Positions 19,901 through 29,278 of a DNA stretch of 64,000 nucleotides are shown piece after piece; position 1 is the first letter of the stretch; every line of letters begins with the position of its first letter. Location: positions 62,001 through 126,000 of the IMG/VR virus record IMGVR_UViG_3300043410_001471. One strand, 5' to 3'. Below the pieces are notes generated by a model, which was not told where the DNA came from, ran no database searches, and saw nothing but the letters and a program-made list of their open reading frames with translations. The translations under genes were made by a program, and so were the position numbers.

Positions 19901-20150
19901 AAGTGGATTAGCAATCAGAGTTGCACTTATTAATGTATGTAATTTACCTCGTCCAAACTTCTTAGTAATTGATGAAGGATTTGGTACATTAGATAGCGAT
20001 AATTTATCATCTTTATTTATGATGATGCAGTATCTTAAAACTCAATTTGATTTCATTTGGATGATTTCTCACTTAGATGCAATGAGAGATATCGTAGATG
20101 GATTAATAGAAATTAAAAAAGAAAATGGATTTAGTAAGATTGACTTCTAA
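16992..20150 (+). CDS. Fused Mre11/SbcD (gp47-like) nuclease and Rad50/SbcC (gp46-like) ATPase
   Basis: Phosphoesterase motifs HIADVH, GDIAH, GNHD, FHG, GDIH, YAGS; Walker A APNATGKSS; Zn-hook CKFC; signature CSGMEKF; Walker B VIDEGFG; H-loop ISH. Confidence 0.93.
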   Translation: MSLKKIYHIADVHIRNVKRHTEYRQVFEKMFEEIRKRGTEDSIIYLAGDIAHAKLELSPELVREISWLFTECSKHCETILITGNHDCNMNNSDRLDVLTPIVEALNLPNFTYLRDTQVYSIGGVDFGVFSIFDDKSNWPKAETLSGNKKIALFHGPVDNSQTDIGYVVSSRHFTTEMFDGYDLALLGDIHKRQEMISPKGCKVVYAGSLVQQNFGETLDKHGFLVWDLDTLTYEAIDIPNDYGYYTMDIDNGKVPIVSDMPKKPRLRVRLSNTDSADTKRVMAEIKMRYGVEDFTIIRTDSLAKSKTGNRLNKLDFEDITDVNYQNSLINEYVERMMPFVAKEDLDKLQTINRDINSRIVNEDVQRNIQWKPIKFEFSNMFSYGEDNKIDFTKLGGLMGLFAPNATGKSSLFDSISFCLYDKSSRAFKAANILNNRKSEFACHLHFQIDGLDYHIERTAKTINKGKNVKVDVQFWRQDGDEKTSLNGTERRDTNQIIEQYVGKYEDFVLTALSLQGNNALFIDKSQSERKDLLAQFMGLNVFDKLYETATEDIKEVSVLIKNFKKTDFTSELADKAIELKDKKVELKDLEKELGRLNGDSTDLSNRIVGLSAELTPMDGNLDLDSLTQQQNKIGRDILHILAEKKAKVETIETYTTTINELSASMEDKKKFYLSETEYIDIDKANESYVQAEKDYNVANNIYYVAKKQLEAAEEKIKHLDSHQYDPNCKFCCDNVFVKDAMKAKEDLQSLEVNVDEAMNDVSGFSNIMGMFEDAKSQYDTMLDLRGKYSKAIVIKEKAEAELEGLDTKEELLEHQLEVVKGNIQKYHDNEATIKKNAQINEAIVGLKRTKSEIEEEIKKVTKDIAGVNGSISSISSFIEGIKSRMDEVKDLEEKNRLYTYYLDAVKRDGIPYELISKALPVIENEINNILSQVVDFGIVMEVDGKSINAKIVYDDQEWPLEMCSGMEKFVSGLAIRVALINVCNLPRPNFLVIDEGFGTLDSDNLSSLFMMMQYLKTQFDFIWMISHLDAMRDIVDGLIEIKKENGFSKIDF

Positions 20151-20310
20151 CCTTGTCAACTTTCAACACACTCGATTGAGGTTTGGTTACACCAACGTGT
20201 TTCTTAATTAAGTTTTCTACTAAACTTCCCATTTTGAACCCGTGTTCTTCGCAATAATTTTTGAGAAGTTCATGGGTTTCTTTTTTGATTTGTAACATTG
20301 CGTATTTCAT
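20131..20310 (-). CDS. Ribbon-helix-helix DNA-binding protein (59 aa, below the ORF-track cutoff)
   Basis: Manual translation MKYAMLQIKKETHELLKNYCEEHGFKMGSLVENLIKKHVGVTKPQSSVLKVDKVRSQSY*; strand-helix-G-helix pattern of CopG/Arc/MetJ proteins. Confidence 0.7.
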   Translation of the reverse strand: MKYAMLQIKKETHELLKNYCEEHGFKMGSLVENLIKKHVGVTKPQSSVLKVDKVRSQSY

Positions 20311-20359
20311 AACTCTTTAGTTTTCTTTAGTTTAATAAAGGAATCATTAGTTTTCTAAA

Positions 20360-20397
20360 TATAAATATGATATATTTATTTTTTTAAGAATATTTAT
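20360..20397. promoter_or_regulatory. Divergent cluster of ATATTTAT motifs
   Basis: Minus-strand ATATTTATA at 20360-68 facing the RHH gene; plus-strand copies at 20372-79 and 20390-97 facing the tail fibre gene. Confidence 0.5.
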
Positions 20398-20411
20398 TTA
20401 AAAAGAGAATA

Positions 20412-23400
20412 ATGGCCGTAATACAAAAAACTTTATTTGCTGAAAATTTAGATAGATATCAAACTCTTATAACTGATACAAATCCAAATAGTGAATATTT
20501 TAAAATAACAGAACTATCCGATACTCTAACGGGTGGTAAAAATGCATTTTTGATTCAAGGTTCAGAGTATTTAGTGCCTGATACTTTAATTAAAATTGAA
20601 ATTAAAGATGCAAATGGAGATATTATATATCACGAGCCAGGAGAAGGTATCGTTTCATCTTCAGTAAATGGTGAACCGATTGTAACCGAATATTATGAAG
20701 GTACATCAAAAGTAGTCGCGGTTCACATATACCCCGATACGGCATATGGACCTGCTACAATTACGATATTAGGAGAATTATCATCTTACAATAGTAACGG
20801 ATTAAATACACCAATACCAATTGATTGGGAAGGTAAGTATAATGTTAAATGGCAGAAGCAGGTAAATGTAAATCCATCTTTAGCCAATACTACAAAAATT
20901 CGTTTTTATCAAAGACCGGTTGCAAGTATTTCTGAAACACTTTCTCCAATTTATACAATTGTAGATGGAGTTAAAGTTGAGTCAAATGTAGTATCATCTT
21001 TTGCAAATGTTAGAATATCAAAAATGGAAACATTTGCAGGTGATGTTAAAAGAATAAAGGTATTTAGAACATCGTTGGGCGATATTTCCGATTCTGATTT
21101 GATACAAGATATATTGGTAGAATCTAAAGAATTGCTCACATCATATGAATTAAGTGGTAGCGTTGTTGGTAATAGTGGATTATTTACATCTGAAACTTTA
21201 AGTAAACTATGGAACGCTGATGGAGTTACTACTGAATTGACATCTAGTCGAATAGATAATGGGGTTAAATTAAATGGTAGTGGGTATTTTAGATATACTT
21301 CATCTTTGAATTTATCGGATGTAAGTGTTTATGAATTAGGTATTGATGCATTTTATTCATCTTCAACTGCAAGTAATTTAGGAATTTATATAAGTGGTTC
21401 TAATAATGGTGAATATTTAATTGGTACATTGAATGGTATAGTTCCTACGAAAAACTTAAAAGACCAAACAATTCAATTCACTTTACCTTTGACAGAGCCA
21501 ACCGCATCTTTATATTTTTCACAATCTCAAAGTGAATGGCATGTTGGTAATATTAGTTTAAAATTAACGCAAGATACAGCATTCTCTCCATCGGAAATTG
21601 AATTTGTAACATCAATGCCAACTGTAATTGGTAATGAGACTTATGAATTTAATTTTGAATTTTATGATGTAAATAATAACTATGTGCCGGTTGCAGTTAC
21701 TCAATCAGCATTATTTACGGGCGGTAATAATAATTTGGGTGGAACGATAACATTAATCAGTTCATCGGCATCTTCTTCGTTATCTCAATTATATGCAGTA
21801 TCATCTTCTATTAGTGGAACGATGACTGTATATAGTTCATCGGCAAGTAGTTCGGTTGGCATAGTCAGTAGTTCAATTTATACATTAAGTGGTTCGGTTA
21901 GTTCATCGATAGCAGCTGTAAGTTCATCTGTAAGCCAGAGTGTGTATAATGGATTATTAACCGCATTTACAAAAGTACAAGATTTAGCAGATGGAAATTA
22001 TAGTGGTTCATTTATAAGTGGTAATATAATGTATTCACCGGTTATAGGTGGGCAGACTGGATACTTTAGTACCTTATTTAAAGTGGGGGCTAGTAATTCA
22101 ATTTATTTAGATGCAAGAGCTAGTACTAAAAAAATATATATTGGAGGTGTAAATGATACTGGTTCATATAATAGTGGAAGTACTCCGGTTTATATGGATA
22201 GTGATGGTAAATTTTCATTAAAAGACCAATTAACTTGGGATGGTAGTTCTTTATCCGTAAATGGTACAATAAATGTTACAGGTGGAAATGCGGCAACTCA
22301 AACTTATGCAAATGGAGTTGGATTAAACGCAGCATTATCAGCATCGGCAGCATATACAAATGCAAAAGCAGTTGCGGATAGTATTGCAAACGGAAGTTAT
22401 AATGGTGGTACTTTAATAAGTAATGGTAGTATAATTTCACCAGTTATTGCTGGAGCTGATGGGTATATTTCAAATGTATTGAAAGTTGGCAGTGGTGGTA
22501 TCACATTGGATGGTACTAATAAAAAAATATATGTTGGCGTTGGTAGTTACAATAATGCAAATACTCCATTTTATTTTGCATCCGGCTCTTCGAATATATT
22601 CTCATTGGGAGATAAATTAACATTCGATGGTACTACATTGGGAATAAATGGTGGTATAACTGCAACATCATTAACATTAGCAAGTGGTGTTACTATTGCA
22701 AATACAAAAATTACGGGATTAGGTACATTATCTACATTGAATAGTGTAAACGCAACTTATATAGATGATAATTCAATTACGACTGGTAAAGTTGTTGCTA
22801 ATACATTGGATGCATCCCATATTTCTGCATTAAACTTTACAGGTAAAAATGCGGTATTTACAACTGGAACTATTGGTGGATGGACTATAAATCCCGATAA
22901 ATTATCTTCACCACCGGATGGTAGTGGATATAGTAGATTAACATTCTCACCATCGCCATTGATAGCAGTAAATGATACATCAGGTAATCCAAAACTAACC
23001 ATTAGAGCTGGTGATTTAACAAACTTAGGCGCTGGTACTAGTGTATCATTGAATTTTGGTAGCTATAATGTTAATTCTTGGTCTGATGCAATATATCAGG
23101 GTTCAACTACAATTAATGGTACTGCTTTTACATTTTCACCAAGCGCAGCTGGAACATATAGTGGTACGATATCAATGAGTGCCGTAGGCGGTATTGCAAC
23201 TACACCCGGCGGATGGAGTGGATATTTGTATGTGGGGGTAAGATGGGAAGTGGCATCTGATGCTGGATTTTCAAATATAATTGGCAATGGTACGATTGGT
23301 AGTGGTGGTATTAGTAGTGCAGGTACTGTTTCAATTTCAGCAGCAACGCAATCGATATCAATTTCAATACCATCGGCTGGAACATATTATGCGAGATTAT

Positions 23401-23960
23401 GTTGGACTAGAACACTTTATAGTAATACAACATCTACTACACAATTTTATCAAAAAAGTAGTAGTGTTTCCAATGTTTCATTGGGTTCATCAGTTGAAGC
23501 AACTGAATTAACTGATAAAGGTTTCCAAGTAGTAAACGCAACTGATACATATTTAAGAATTGATAGAAGTTCATTTTCCGGAGCATATGTTAAAGTTGGT
23601 GGCTCAATATCAGCAACGGGTAATATAACCGCATATGCATCATCGGATAAAAGATTAAAGGAAAACATTATTCCAATCGAAAATGCTTTAGATAAAATAG
23701 ATAAAATAGATGGAGTTGAATTTGATTGGACTGATGCTTATATGGAGAAAGAAGTTGGTGATGATAAAGATGCACAAAGTTTAATTAAAAAGCACGATAT
23801 TGGAGTTATTGCACAACAAATAGAAGAAGTTTTGCCAGAAGTTGTTATGAAAAGAGAAGATGGGTATTTGGCAGTTAGATATGAAAAAATAATTCCTTTA
23901 TTAATAGAATCTATAAAAGAATTGAAGAAAGAAATTATTGAATTAAAAAATAATAAATAA
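20412..23960 (+). CDS. Tail fibre/spike protein with C-terminal intramolecular chaperone (peptidase S74)
   Basis: SDKRLKENI.PIENALDKI..IDGVEFDW...IGVIAQ.IEEVLPEVV...DGYLAV.YEKIIPLLIESIKEL; G/S/T-rich beta-repeat body. Confidence 0.88.
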   Translation: MAVIQKTLFAENLDRYQTLITDTNPNSEYFKITELSDTLTGGKNAFLIQGSEYLVPDTLIKIEIKDANGDIIYHEPGEGIVSSSVNGEPIVTEYYEGTSKVVAVHIYPDTAYGPATITILGELSSYNSNGLNTPIPIDWEGKYNVKWQKQVNVNPSLANTTKIRFYQRPVASISETLSPIYTIVDGVKVESNVVSSFANVRISKMETFAGDVKRIKVFRTSLGDISDSDLIQDILVESKELLTSYELSGSVVGNSGLFTSETLSKLWNADGVTTELTSSRIDNGVKLNGSGYFRYTSSLNLSDVSVYELGIDAFYSSSTASNLGIYISGSNNGEYLIGTLNGIVPTKNLKDQTIQFTLPLTEPTASLYFSQSQSEWHVGNISLKLTQDTAFSPSEIEFVTSMPTVIGNETYEFNFEFYDVNNNYVPVAVTQSALFTGGNNNLGGTITLISSSASSSLSQLYAVSSSISGTMTVYSSSASSSVGIVSSSIYTLSGSVSSSIAAVSSSVSQSVYNGLLTAFTKVQDLADGNYSGSFISGNIMYSPVIGGQTGYFSTLFKVGASNSIYLDARASTKKIYIGGVNDTGSYNSGSTPVYMDSDGKFSLKDQLTWDGSSLSVNGTINVTGGNAATQTYANGVGLNAALSASAAYTNAKAVADSIANGSYNGGTLISNGSIISPVIAGADGYISNVLKVGSGGITLDGTNKKIYVGVGSYNNANTPFYFASGSSNIFSLGDKLTFDGTTLGINGGITATSLTLASGVTIANTKITGLGTLSTLNSVNATYIDDNSITTGKVVANTLDASHISALNFTGKNAVFTTGTIGGWTINPDKLSSPPDGSGYSRLTFSPSPLIAVNDTSGNPKLTIRAGDLTNLGAGTSVSLNFGSYNVNSWSDAIYQGSTTINGTAFTFSPSAAGTYSGTISMSAVGGIATTPGGWSGYLYVGVRWEVASDAGFSNIIGNGTIGSGGISSAGTVSISAATQSISISIPSAGTYYARLCWTRTLYSNTTSTTQFYQKSSSVSNVSLGSSVEATELTDKGFQVVNATDTYLRIDRSSFSGAYVKVGGSISATGNITAYASSDKRLKENIIPIENALDKIDKIDGVEFDWTDAYMEKEVGDDKDAQSLIKKHDIGVIAQQIEEVLPEVVMKREDGYLAVRYEKIIPLLIESIKELKKEIIELKNNK

Positions 23961-25504
23961 TGGCTATACCCTCAAGTGGTGAATTATCAATGAATTTATT
24001 TAATACCGATAGAGGAATCTCATCGGGTACTCAAATAGATTTAGCTGCAGCAGGAACTGCATATGCTATTTCCTATACAACGGATGGTTCAAATGATTTA
24101 CAAATGTATGAATTTTATGGTAAATCATCCCTATATTGGACAGCAACTCGAAGTGGTAATTTTACAAGAAACAATTGTTCAGCAGGATATGTAGCTAGTA
24201 CTGTTACTTATTCAAAAACATATACATCGTATATTTCTCAAGCAAATGCAAACGCTTTAGCAAGTGGTGATGCAAATTTTAATAGTGAAGGACAAACATA
24301 TGCAAATACATATGGAACTTGTACATTAACATTAAATGCGGCCGCTACTTATGGTTGCGAATCAAACGCACCAAATAAAGGATATATAAATGTATCAAGT
24401 TATAGTGGTGGAACGGGTACTGGATATGGATTTAGATATAAATTAGAATCGGCCGATGATTCAACCTATTCTGCTTGGATAAATGGTACAGGAACTACGG
24501 GTGGTATTTTAGCTAATGGAAATTGGATGTTACAAATCAGAGATAGTGCCAATAATTATATGTACAAATATAATTATGTTATCAATTGTAATTATCCATC
24601 ATTGACCGGAACAGTCACATCAGGTGGTTCATATAATGGAAACGCTTATATTAGAGTTACATCAATATCAGGAGGTAGTGGTTCAGGATATTATTGGTAT
24701 TTGAATACAGACCCAACCCATAGAGCAGTTAATGATTATGCATTAAATTTATCAAATGGAGAATACATCGTATTTATAGCAGATGGTGCTGGAAATGTTT
24801 CATCGTTTAATCCGATAACATTTAGTTACCCAGAACCACCAAATTATTTATCAGTTAGATTTAAAAGTGTTAATGATGGTTCGGCGCCATCGGGAACAAA
24901 TGGTGGATGTGATATAGGAACGAATATAACAGTAGAAATGCCATCGGGCGCAACTTTTGAAAACGCGAGTTCATTTATTAATACGATATTTGGTGGATAT
25001 CCATCTGGAAATGTTGGATGGTTATCATACAATGGAAGATATGTTCCGATTGGTAAATATACTTCCGGTAATTCTGTAGCACCATTTGGTTCTAGAGCAA
25101 ATTGCCCGGTGGCATGTACGGGATATAGTGCTGTTTCACCTGCTGAATATCAATGTGTTGGATATACTAAACAACAAAAATATCATGATGGTAATTGTGG
25201 ATATACTTGGGTAGATGTTGAAACCAATTCTTCTTATTGTGGATATTCTGCACCAACTTATGCATCTATATATTTATCAAGCGGATACGATGCTGCATCA
25301 GCGTGTGATGGATTTGGTGGATATTATACATACTACATACCATATGGGGATTCTTGGTCATATGCAACGGCATTATATAGTGATAATTCGGGAACAGTTG
25401 CTTCGGCTGGATTTTATTCGGATGGTACTATTGTTAAAGAATGGGATGGAGTTTCTGATTTTTATAGTACACAAATGTGTGGCGGTGGAGGAGGTATCGC
25501 ATAA
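23960..25504 (+). CDS. Tail-fibre-associated adhesin-like protein (DUF5977-like segment, SprB-like repeats, Cys-rich C-terminus)
   Basis: RSGNFTRNNC.AG....VTY...YTS.ISQA.A......GQ.YAN.YGTC resembles DUF5977; two I.V...SGG.G.GY...L.NG.Y...I.D units. Confidence 0.6.
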   Translation: MAIPSSGELSMNLFNTDRGISSGTQIDLAAAGTAYAISYTTDGSNDLQMYEFYGKSSLYWTATRSGNFTRNNCSAGYVASTVTYSKTYTSYISQANANALASGDANFNSEGQTYANTYGTCTLTLNAAATYGCESNAPNKGYINVSSYSGGTGTGYGFRYKLESADDSTYSAWINGTGTTGGILANGNWMLQIRDSANNYMYKYNYVINCNYPSLTGTVTSGGSYNGNAYIRVTSISGGSGSGYYWYLNTDPTHRAVNDYALNLSNGEYIVFIADGAGNVSSFNPITFSYPEPPNYLSVRFKSVNDGSAPSGTNGGCDIGTNITVEMPSGATFENASSFINTIFGGYPSGNVGWLSYNGRYVPIGKYTSGNSVAPFGSRANCPVACTGYSAVSPAEYQCVGYTKQQKYHDGNCGYTWVDVETNSSYCGYSAPTYASIYLSSGYDAASACDGFGGYYTYYIPYGDSWSYATALYSDNSGTVASAGFYSDGTIVKEWDGVSDFYSTQMCGGGGGIA

Positions 25505-25517
25505 ATAAAATAAAAAT

Positions 25518-26492
25518 ATGATAGTATTCATAACAACGGGTTACGGGAAAAATATAGTGGGAGGTTCTGATATATGGTGTAATAACTTTATGGAGAATAT
25601 TTTACCATTAGTTACAGAGGATTACAAAATTGTAGTTGATGGTAGACCTTTATTGCCAGAAAAAGATGCAATATATACTTTCCAAAACGATGAAGAAATA
25701 GATAGGATATTAGATGAGTGTGATAAGATAGTTTTTCTACACCACGCATACAAACCAAATCCTATAATAAAAAAGTATATTCACAAAACTCACACAACTT
25801 TTGTTCATGCGTTTATTCCTGATATGTTAGGATTAAATGATGAGTACGAAAACTTAATGACACGATTGGATTGGCATTGGCAAAAGGATATTTTAGATAA
25901 TTCGGATAATATAGTATGGATAGGATATGAAAGGGATACAATACACACATACTTTCCAAATACAATAACAATACCAAATTATTACGAATGGAAAAATAAT
26001 AAACCATTTGAAGATGTTCGTAGTAATAAAATAGGATATGCGGCAAGATGTGAAACGAGAAAGAACGCACATTATTTAGATGCAATACCTGCTTTTATAT
26101 TCTCAAACAAATACGATTACAAACGAATGTTAGAAGGTAGTAAGATAAATGCAGATGTTCACCAATTTATAGAATTCGATTATCGTTTCCATAATAAATT
26201 CTTTCAAAAAGATTTTAAAATATTTCACGGATGTTATACTAAAGAACCATTTGGATATGCAATATTTGATGCAATTGATAATGGTAAATTACCTATAATA
26301 CATTCGGACTGGATGAGAGATATTAAATATCGATATAGAGCAATGAATAAAAAGCAATTTAATTATCAGTATCTAAGAATATTAGAAGATGGTTATGAAA
26401 AAAATAAAAAACAATTCGATAGATTGAAATTGGGTTTACAAAAATATACAAATAAAGAAAAATGGATTCAGCAAATATTGGAAATACTATAA
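25518..26492 (+). CDS. GT-B fold glycosyltransferase (GT4-like)
   Basis: N-terminal FITT...GGSD; IGYAARCETRKN; EPFGYAIFDAIDNGKLPII resembles the GT4 E-x7-(E/D) donor motif. Confidence 0.7.
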   Translation: MIVFITTGYGKNIVGGSDIWCNNFMENILPLVTEDYKIVVDGRPLLPEKDAIYTFQNDEEIDRILDECDKIVFLHHAYKPNPIIKKYIHKTHTTFVHAFIPDMLGLNDEYENLMTRLDWHWQKDILDNSDNIVWIGYERDTIHTYFPNTITIPNYYEWKNNKPFEDVRSNKIGYAARCETRKNAHYLDAIPAFIFSNKYDYKRMLEGSKINADVHQFIEFDYRFHNKFFQKDFKIFHGCYTKEPFGYAIFDAIDNGKLPIIHSDWMRDIKYRYRAMNKKQFNYQYLRILEDGYEKNKKQFDRLKLGLQKYTNKEKWIQQILEIL

Positions 26493-27634
26493 AAATACAT
26501 TGCGATTATACAGAATTAAAAGGAATATTTTATGATTGTGATATATCGAATTTTGAAATAATAGAGAATTCATATTTCAATACTCAAAAAAATGCGATTG
26601 TTTTATTGGATAGAACTCAATTAGAATATTTTTACAATTCATATAAAAATAATCAAAATGAATTTGATAGAATATGCCATATGTGGAAAAAAAATAATAA
26701 TTTAATTGTTTTTTGGAGATGTCACTTTGAACCAATGATATATAATTTGGAAAAGAAATTTATTTTAAATAAATGGGATTTTAAACATATATCAATAACC
26801 GATTCAGAAATATTTAAAAATGTAGAAGGATTTTATTTTGACCATTTTTCAAATTTAATTCATATGGTGGGTTGTGATAAAAATGGATTATATGAATGCT
26901 TAGAAGATACTATTGAACATACATTTGAAAAAAAATATGATTATTCTTTTTCATTTTTCACACCTAGAATTCAAAAAATTCATTTATTAAATAAAATAAT
27001 TGATAATAAATTGACTGAAAGATGTTTGATAAGAATGAACAAACCATTTTATGATAATGAACAAATATTAACTAATCCAGAATATATTGGATTGGTAAAA
27101 CCATCTATTAAAAAATTTTACAAAGAAAATATAATATTCAGAAATTTTGATGAATATAGACCGTATGTTAAGTTTAATAACGCTGAAATGAAAATGCATG
27201 AAACACATAGTAGTGCTTATATAAAAATAAAGGAATATGATACATCGTATATAGATTTAAACGCAGAAACACATTGTATATTCAATATTCCACCTGTAAA
27301 TACCGAAAAAGTCTATAAATCATTATTTACCGAAAAACCATTTATATGTATTGGTTCTCAAAAGGTTTACGAAGAGTTGGAAAAAATTGGAATAAATACA
27401 TATGTAGATGTATTCGATTTGCATATATTGAGAGATACGAATGAACCAATAGAACATATAGATGCTATAATAGAATTTCAGAAAAAAAACATTAACAATA
27501 TTCCCAAACTATTCAATGAGTTGGAGAGTATTAGAAAACAAAATAGAAAATTATTTTTAGAACATTATAAAAAGATAACGAGAGAGGTTTACGATTTCGT
27601 AATGGGTTATTATGCAGAGCTTATTAAATCTTAA
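26462..27634 (+). CDS. Putative glycosyltransferase, distant GT10-like family (paralog 1 of 3)
   Basis: NAETH...VNTEKVYKSLFTEKPFICIG...LEKIGI.TY; same motif as 40785 and 49987. Confidence 0.45.
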   Translation: MDSANIGNTIKIHCDYTELKGIFYDCDISNFEIIENSYFNTQKNAIVLLDRTQLEYFYNSYKNNQNEFDRICHMWKKNNNLIVFWRCHFEPMIYNLEKKFILNKWDFKHISITDSEIFKNVEGFYFDHFSNLIHMVGCDKNGLYECLEDTIEHTFEKKYDYSFSFFTPRIQKIHLLNKIIDNKLTERCLIRMNKPFYDNEQILTNPEYIGLVKPSIKKFYKENIIFRNFDEYRPYVKFNNAEMKMHETHSSAYIKIKEYDTSYIDLNAETHCIFNIPPVNTEKVYKSLFTEKPFICIGSQKVYEELEKIGINTYVDVFDLHILRDTNEPIEHIDAIIEFQKKNINNIPKLFNELESIRKQNRKLFLEHYKKITREVYDFVMGYYAELIKS

Positions 27635-28376
27635 CATTATAAAAGATTATTTAACTAATAATCATACCATTGATGAAAATGGTAATTTAATTTATACACC
27701 TATAAATTATCGTTGGACTCATGGTGCAACTGATTTGCATTTGGGTGATGGATTAATGATATATTCACTCATTCAATTTAACAGAGCTAAAACATGCGTT
27801 TGTATTGGAACAGGTGGAGGATTTATTCCACGCCTTATGACTCAATCAAGAGTTGATTTGTGGCATCAAAAAATATTTGAAGGAAATCCATCGAATGAAT
27901 GGGGTGATATTGGAACTACCATAATAGTTGATGCTTCAAACGGAGTTGGCGGATTTACCGATTGGACTGAAGAAGATTCATTTTTAAGAAAACATTTTTC
28001 ACCACAAATTATATTGGAAACATCGGAAAAAGCATTTTATGATTATTTTGTAAGACAAGATATTAAAATAGATTACTTACATATTGATGGAGACCACTCA
28101 TACGAAGGTGTTAAAAAAGATTTTGAATTATATTCAACTATAATGTCTGAAAATGGAATTATTACAATTCACGATACAGACCAACTATATCACGATACAT
28201 TCGTTGTAACTGAAAATTCTAAAAAAGATTTTGCAACATTCGATGGACCTGCAAAATTTGTAAAAGAATTGCAAAATAATACCGAATGGGACTTGGTAAA
28301 TTTGAAAAATTTTCGTATATTTGAATCAAAAAGACCAACAACAACAGGATTGACACTACTAACAAGAAAAAGTTAA
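27612..28376 (+). CDS. Class I SAM-dependent methyltransferase (Methyltransf_24-like)
   Basis: CVCIGTGGG motif I; IDYLHIDGDHSYEGVKKDF...GIITIHD. Confidence 0.85.
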   Translation: MQSLLNLNIIKDYLTNNHTIDENGNLIYTPINYRWTHGATDLHLGDGLMIYSLIQFNRAKTCVCIGTGGGFIPRLMTQSRVDLWHQKIFEGNPSNEWGDIGTTIIVDASNGVGGFTDWTEEDSFLRKHFSPQIILETSEKAFYDYFVRQDIKIDYLHIDGDHSYEGVKKDFELYSTIMSENGIITIHDTDQLYHDTFVVTENSKKDFATFDGPAKFVKELQNNTEWDLVNLKNFRIFESKRPTTTGLTLLTRKS

Positions 28377-28387
28377 AAATAAAGTTA

Positions 28388-29230
28388 ATGAAAAAAGTAA
28401 GATTAGTAACAGTGACAGGAAGTAGAACAAACACTCTCTGGCATATGTTAAATCACTACAAACACATAGTTGATGAAATTTATGTAGTAGTTTATGAATG
28501 GGAAGGTATGTCTACCTTAAAAGAAGTTGGAGATATACTTAAAAACTTTCCAACTGCAAAAATAGTTAGAGTTGAGAGTAAAGAAAAATTTAATTGGGAA
28601 TATGTTACTCAATTATATAATGAAACTAAATTAATGCATCCCGATGATTGGTGGGTAGTTTCAGATGATGATGAATTTCATATATACTCTATGCCATTAC
28701 CATTTATGATAGAAGATTGTGAAGAAAATGGATGGGATATAGTAAGAGGTGGGTTTTTGGATAGAATAGGTACATTTGGAAGTTTTCCTGAAATACAACC
28801 ATATAAAAATATATTTGAGCAATTCCCATTAGCAGGATTCTTTAGATATCCATTGAGTGGTGCTTGTCCTAATAAAGTATGTGTTATGAAAGGATATGTA
28901 GAAGTTACTTCAGGGCAACATTATGCAAAAATTAATGGAGAAGTTTTATGGGGAACGCAATCTGAAAATAAATTAATAGCACCAATAGATAAATATTATA
29001 CACAGGTTCATCATTTTAAATGGGATAGTACTTGTGTAGAAAGAATTAAAGCAGTAGCAGATATTAGAAAGGATTATGCATATTCTTCAGAATACTTAAA
29101 AATGTATCAAGCTATTAGAAGAAATAATTTTGAAATTGATATTGCTAATCCAGAATTCAATATGGAATTTATTGAGCAAGGTGAGTATTCAAAATGGTCG
29201 GAATTAATGCAAAAAATAATTACAATATAA
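28388..29230 (+). CDS. GT-A fold glycosyltransferase (GT2-like)
   Basis: N-terminal strand, MLNHY..IVDEIYV, DxD-type motif WWVVSDDDEF, late HHFKW. Confidence 0.7.
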   Translation: MKKVRLVTVTGSRTNTLWHMLNHYKHIVDEIYVVVYEWEGMSTLKEVGDILKNFPTAKIVRVESKEKFNWEYVTQLYNETKLMHPDDWWVVSDDDEFHIYSMPLPFMIEDCEENGWDIVRGGFLDRIGTFGSFPEIQPYKNIFEQFPLAGFFRYPLSGACPNKVCVMKGYVEVTSGQHYAKINGEVLWGTQSENKLIAPIDKYYTQVHHFKWDSTCVERIKAVADIRKDYAYSSEYLKMYQAIRRNNFEIDIANPEFNMEFIEQGEYSKWSELMQKIITI

Positions 29231-29262
29231 TTTGGAATTTTAAATAAAATATATTATCTTTA
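29231..29262 (+). promoter_or_regulatory. Bacteroidota-type promoter
   Basis: TTTG (29231-34), 20-nt spacer, TATCTTTA (29255-62). Confidence 0.7.
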
Positions 29263-29278
29263 TAAAAATAATAGAGTT

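Noticed and set aside
23960-25504. Diversity-generating retroelement target in the Tyr/Asn-rich tip
   Set aside because: No reverse transcriptase and no template-repeat copy within the window.
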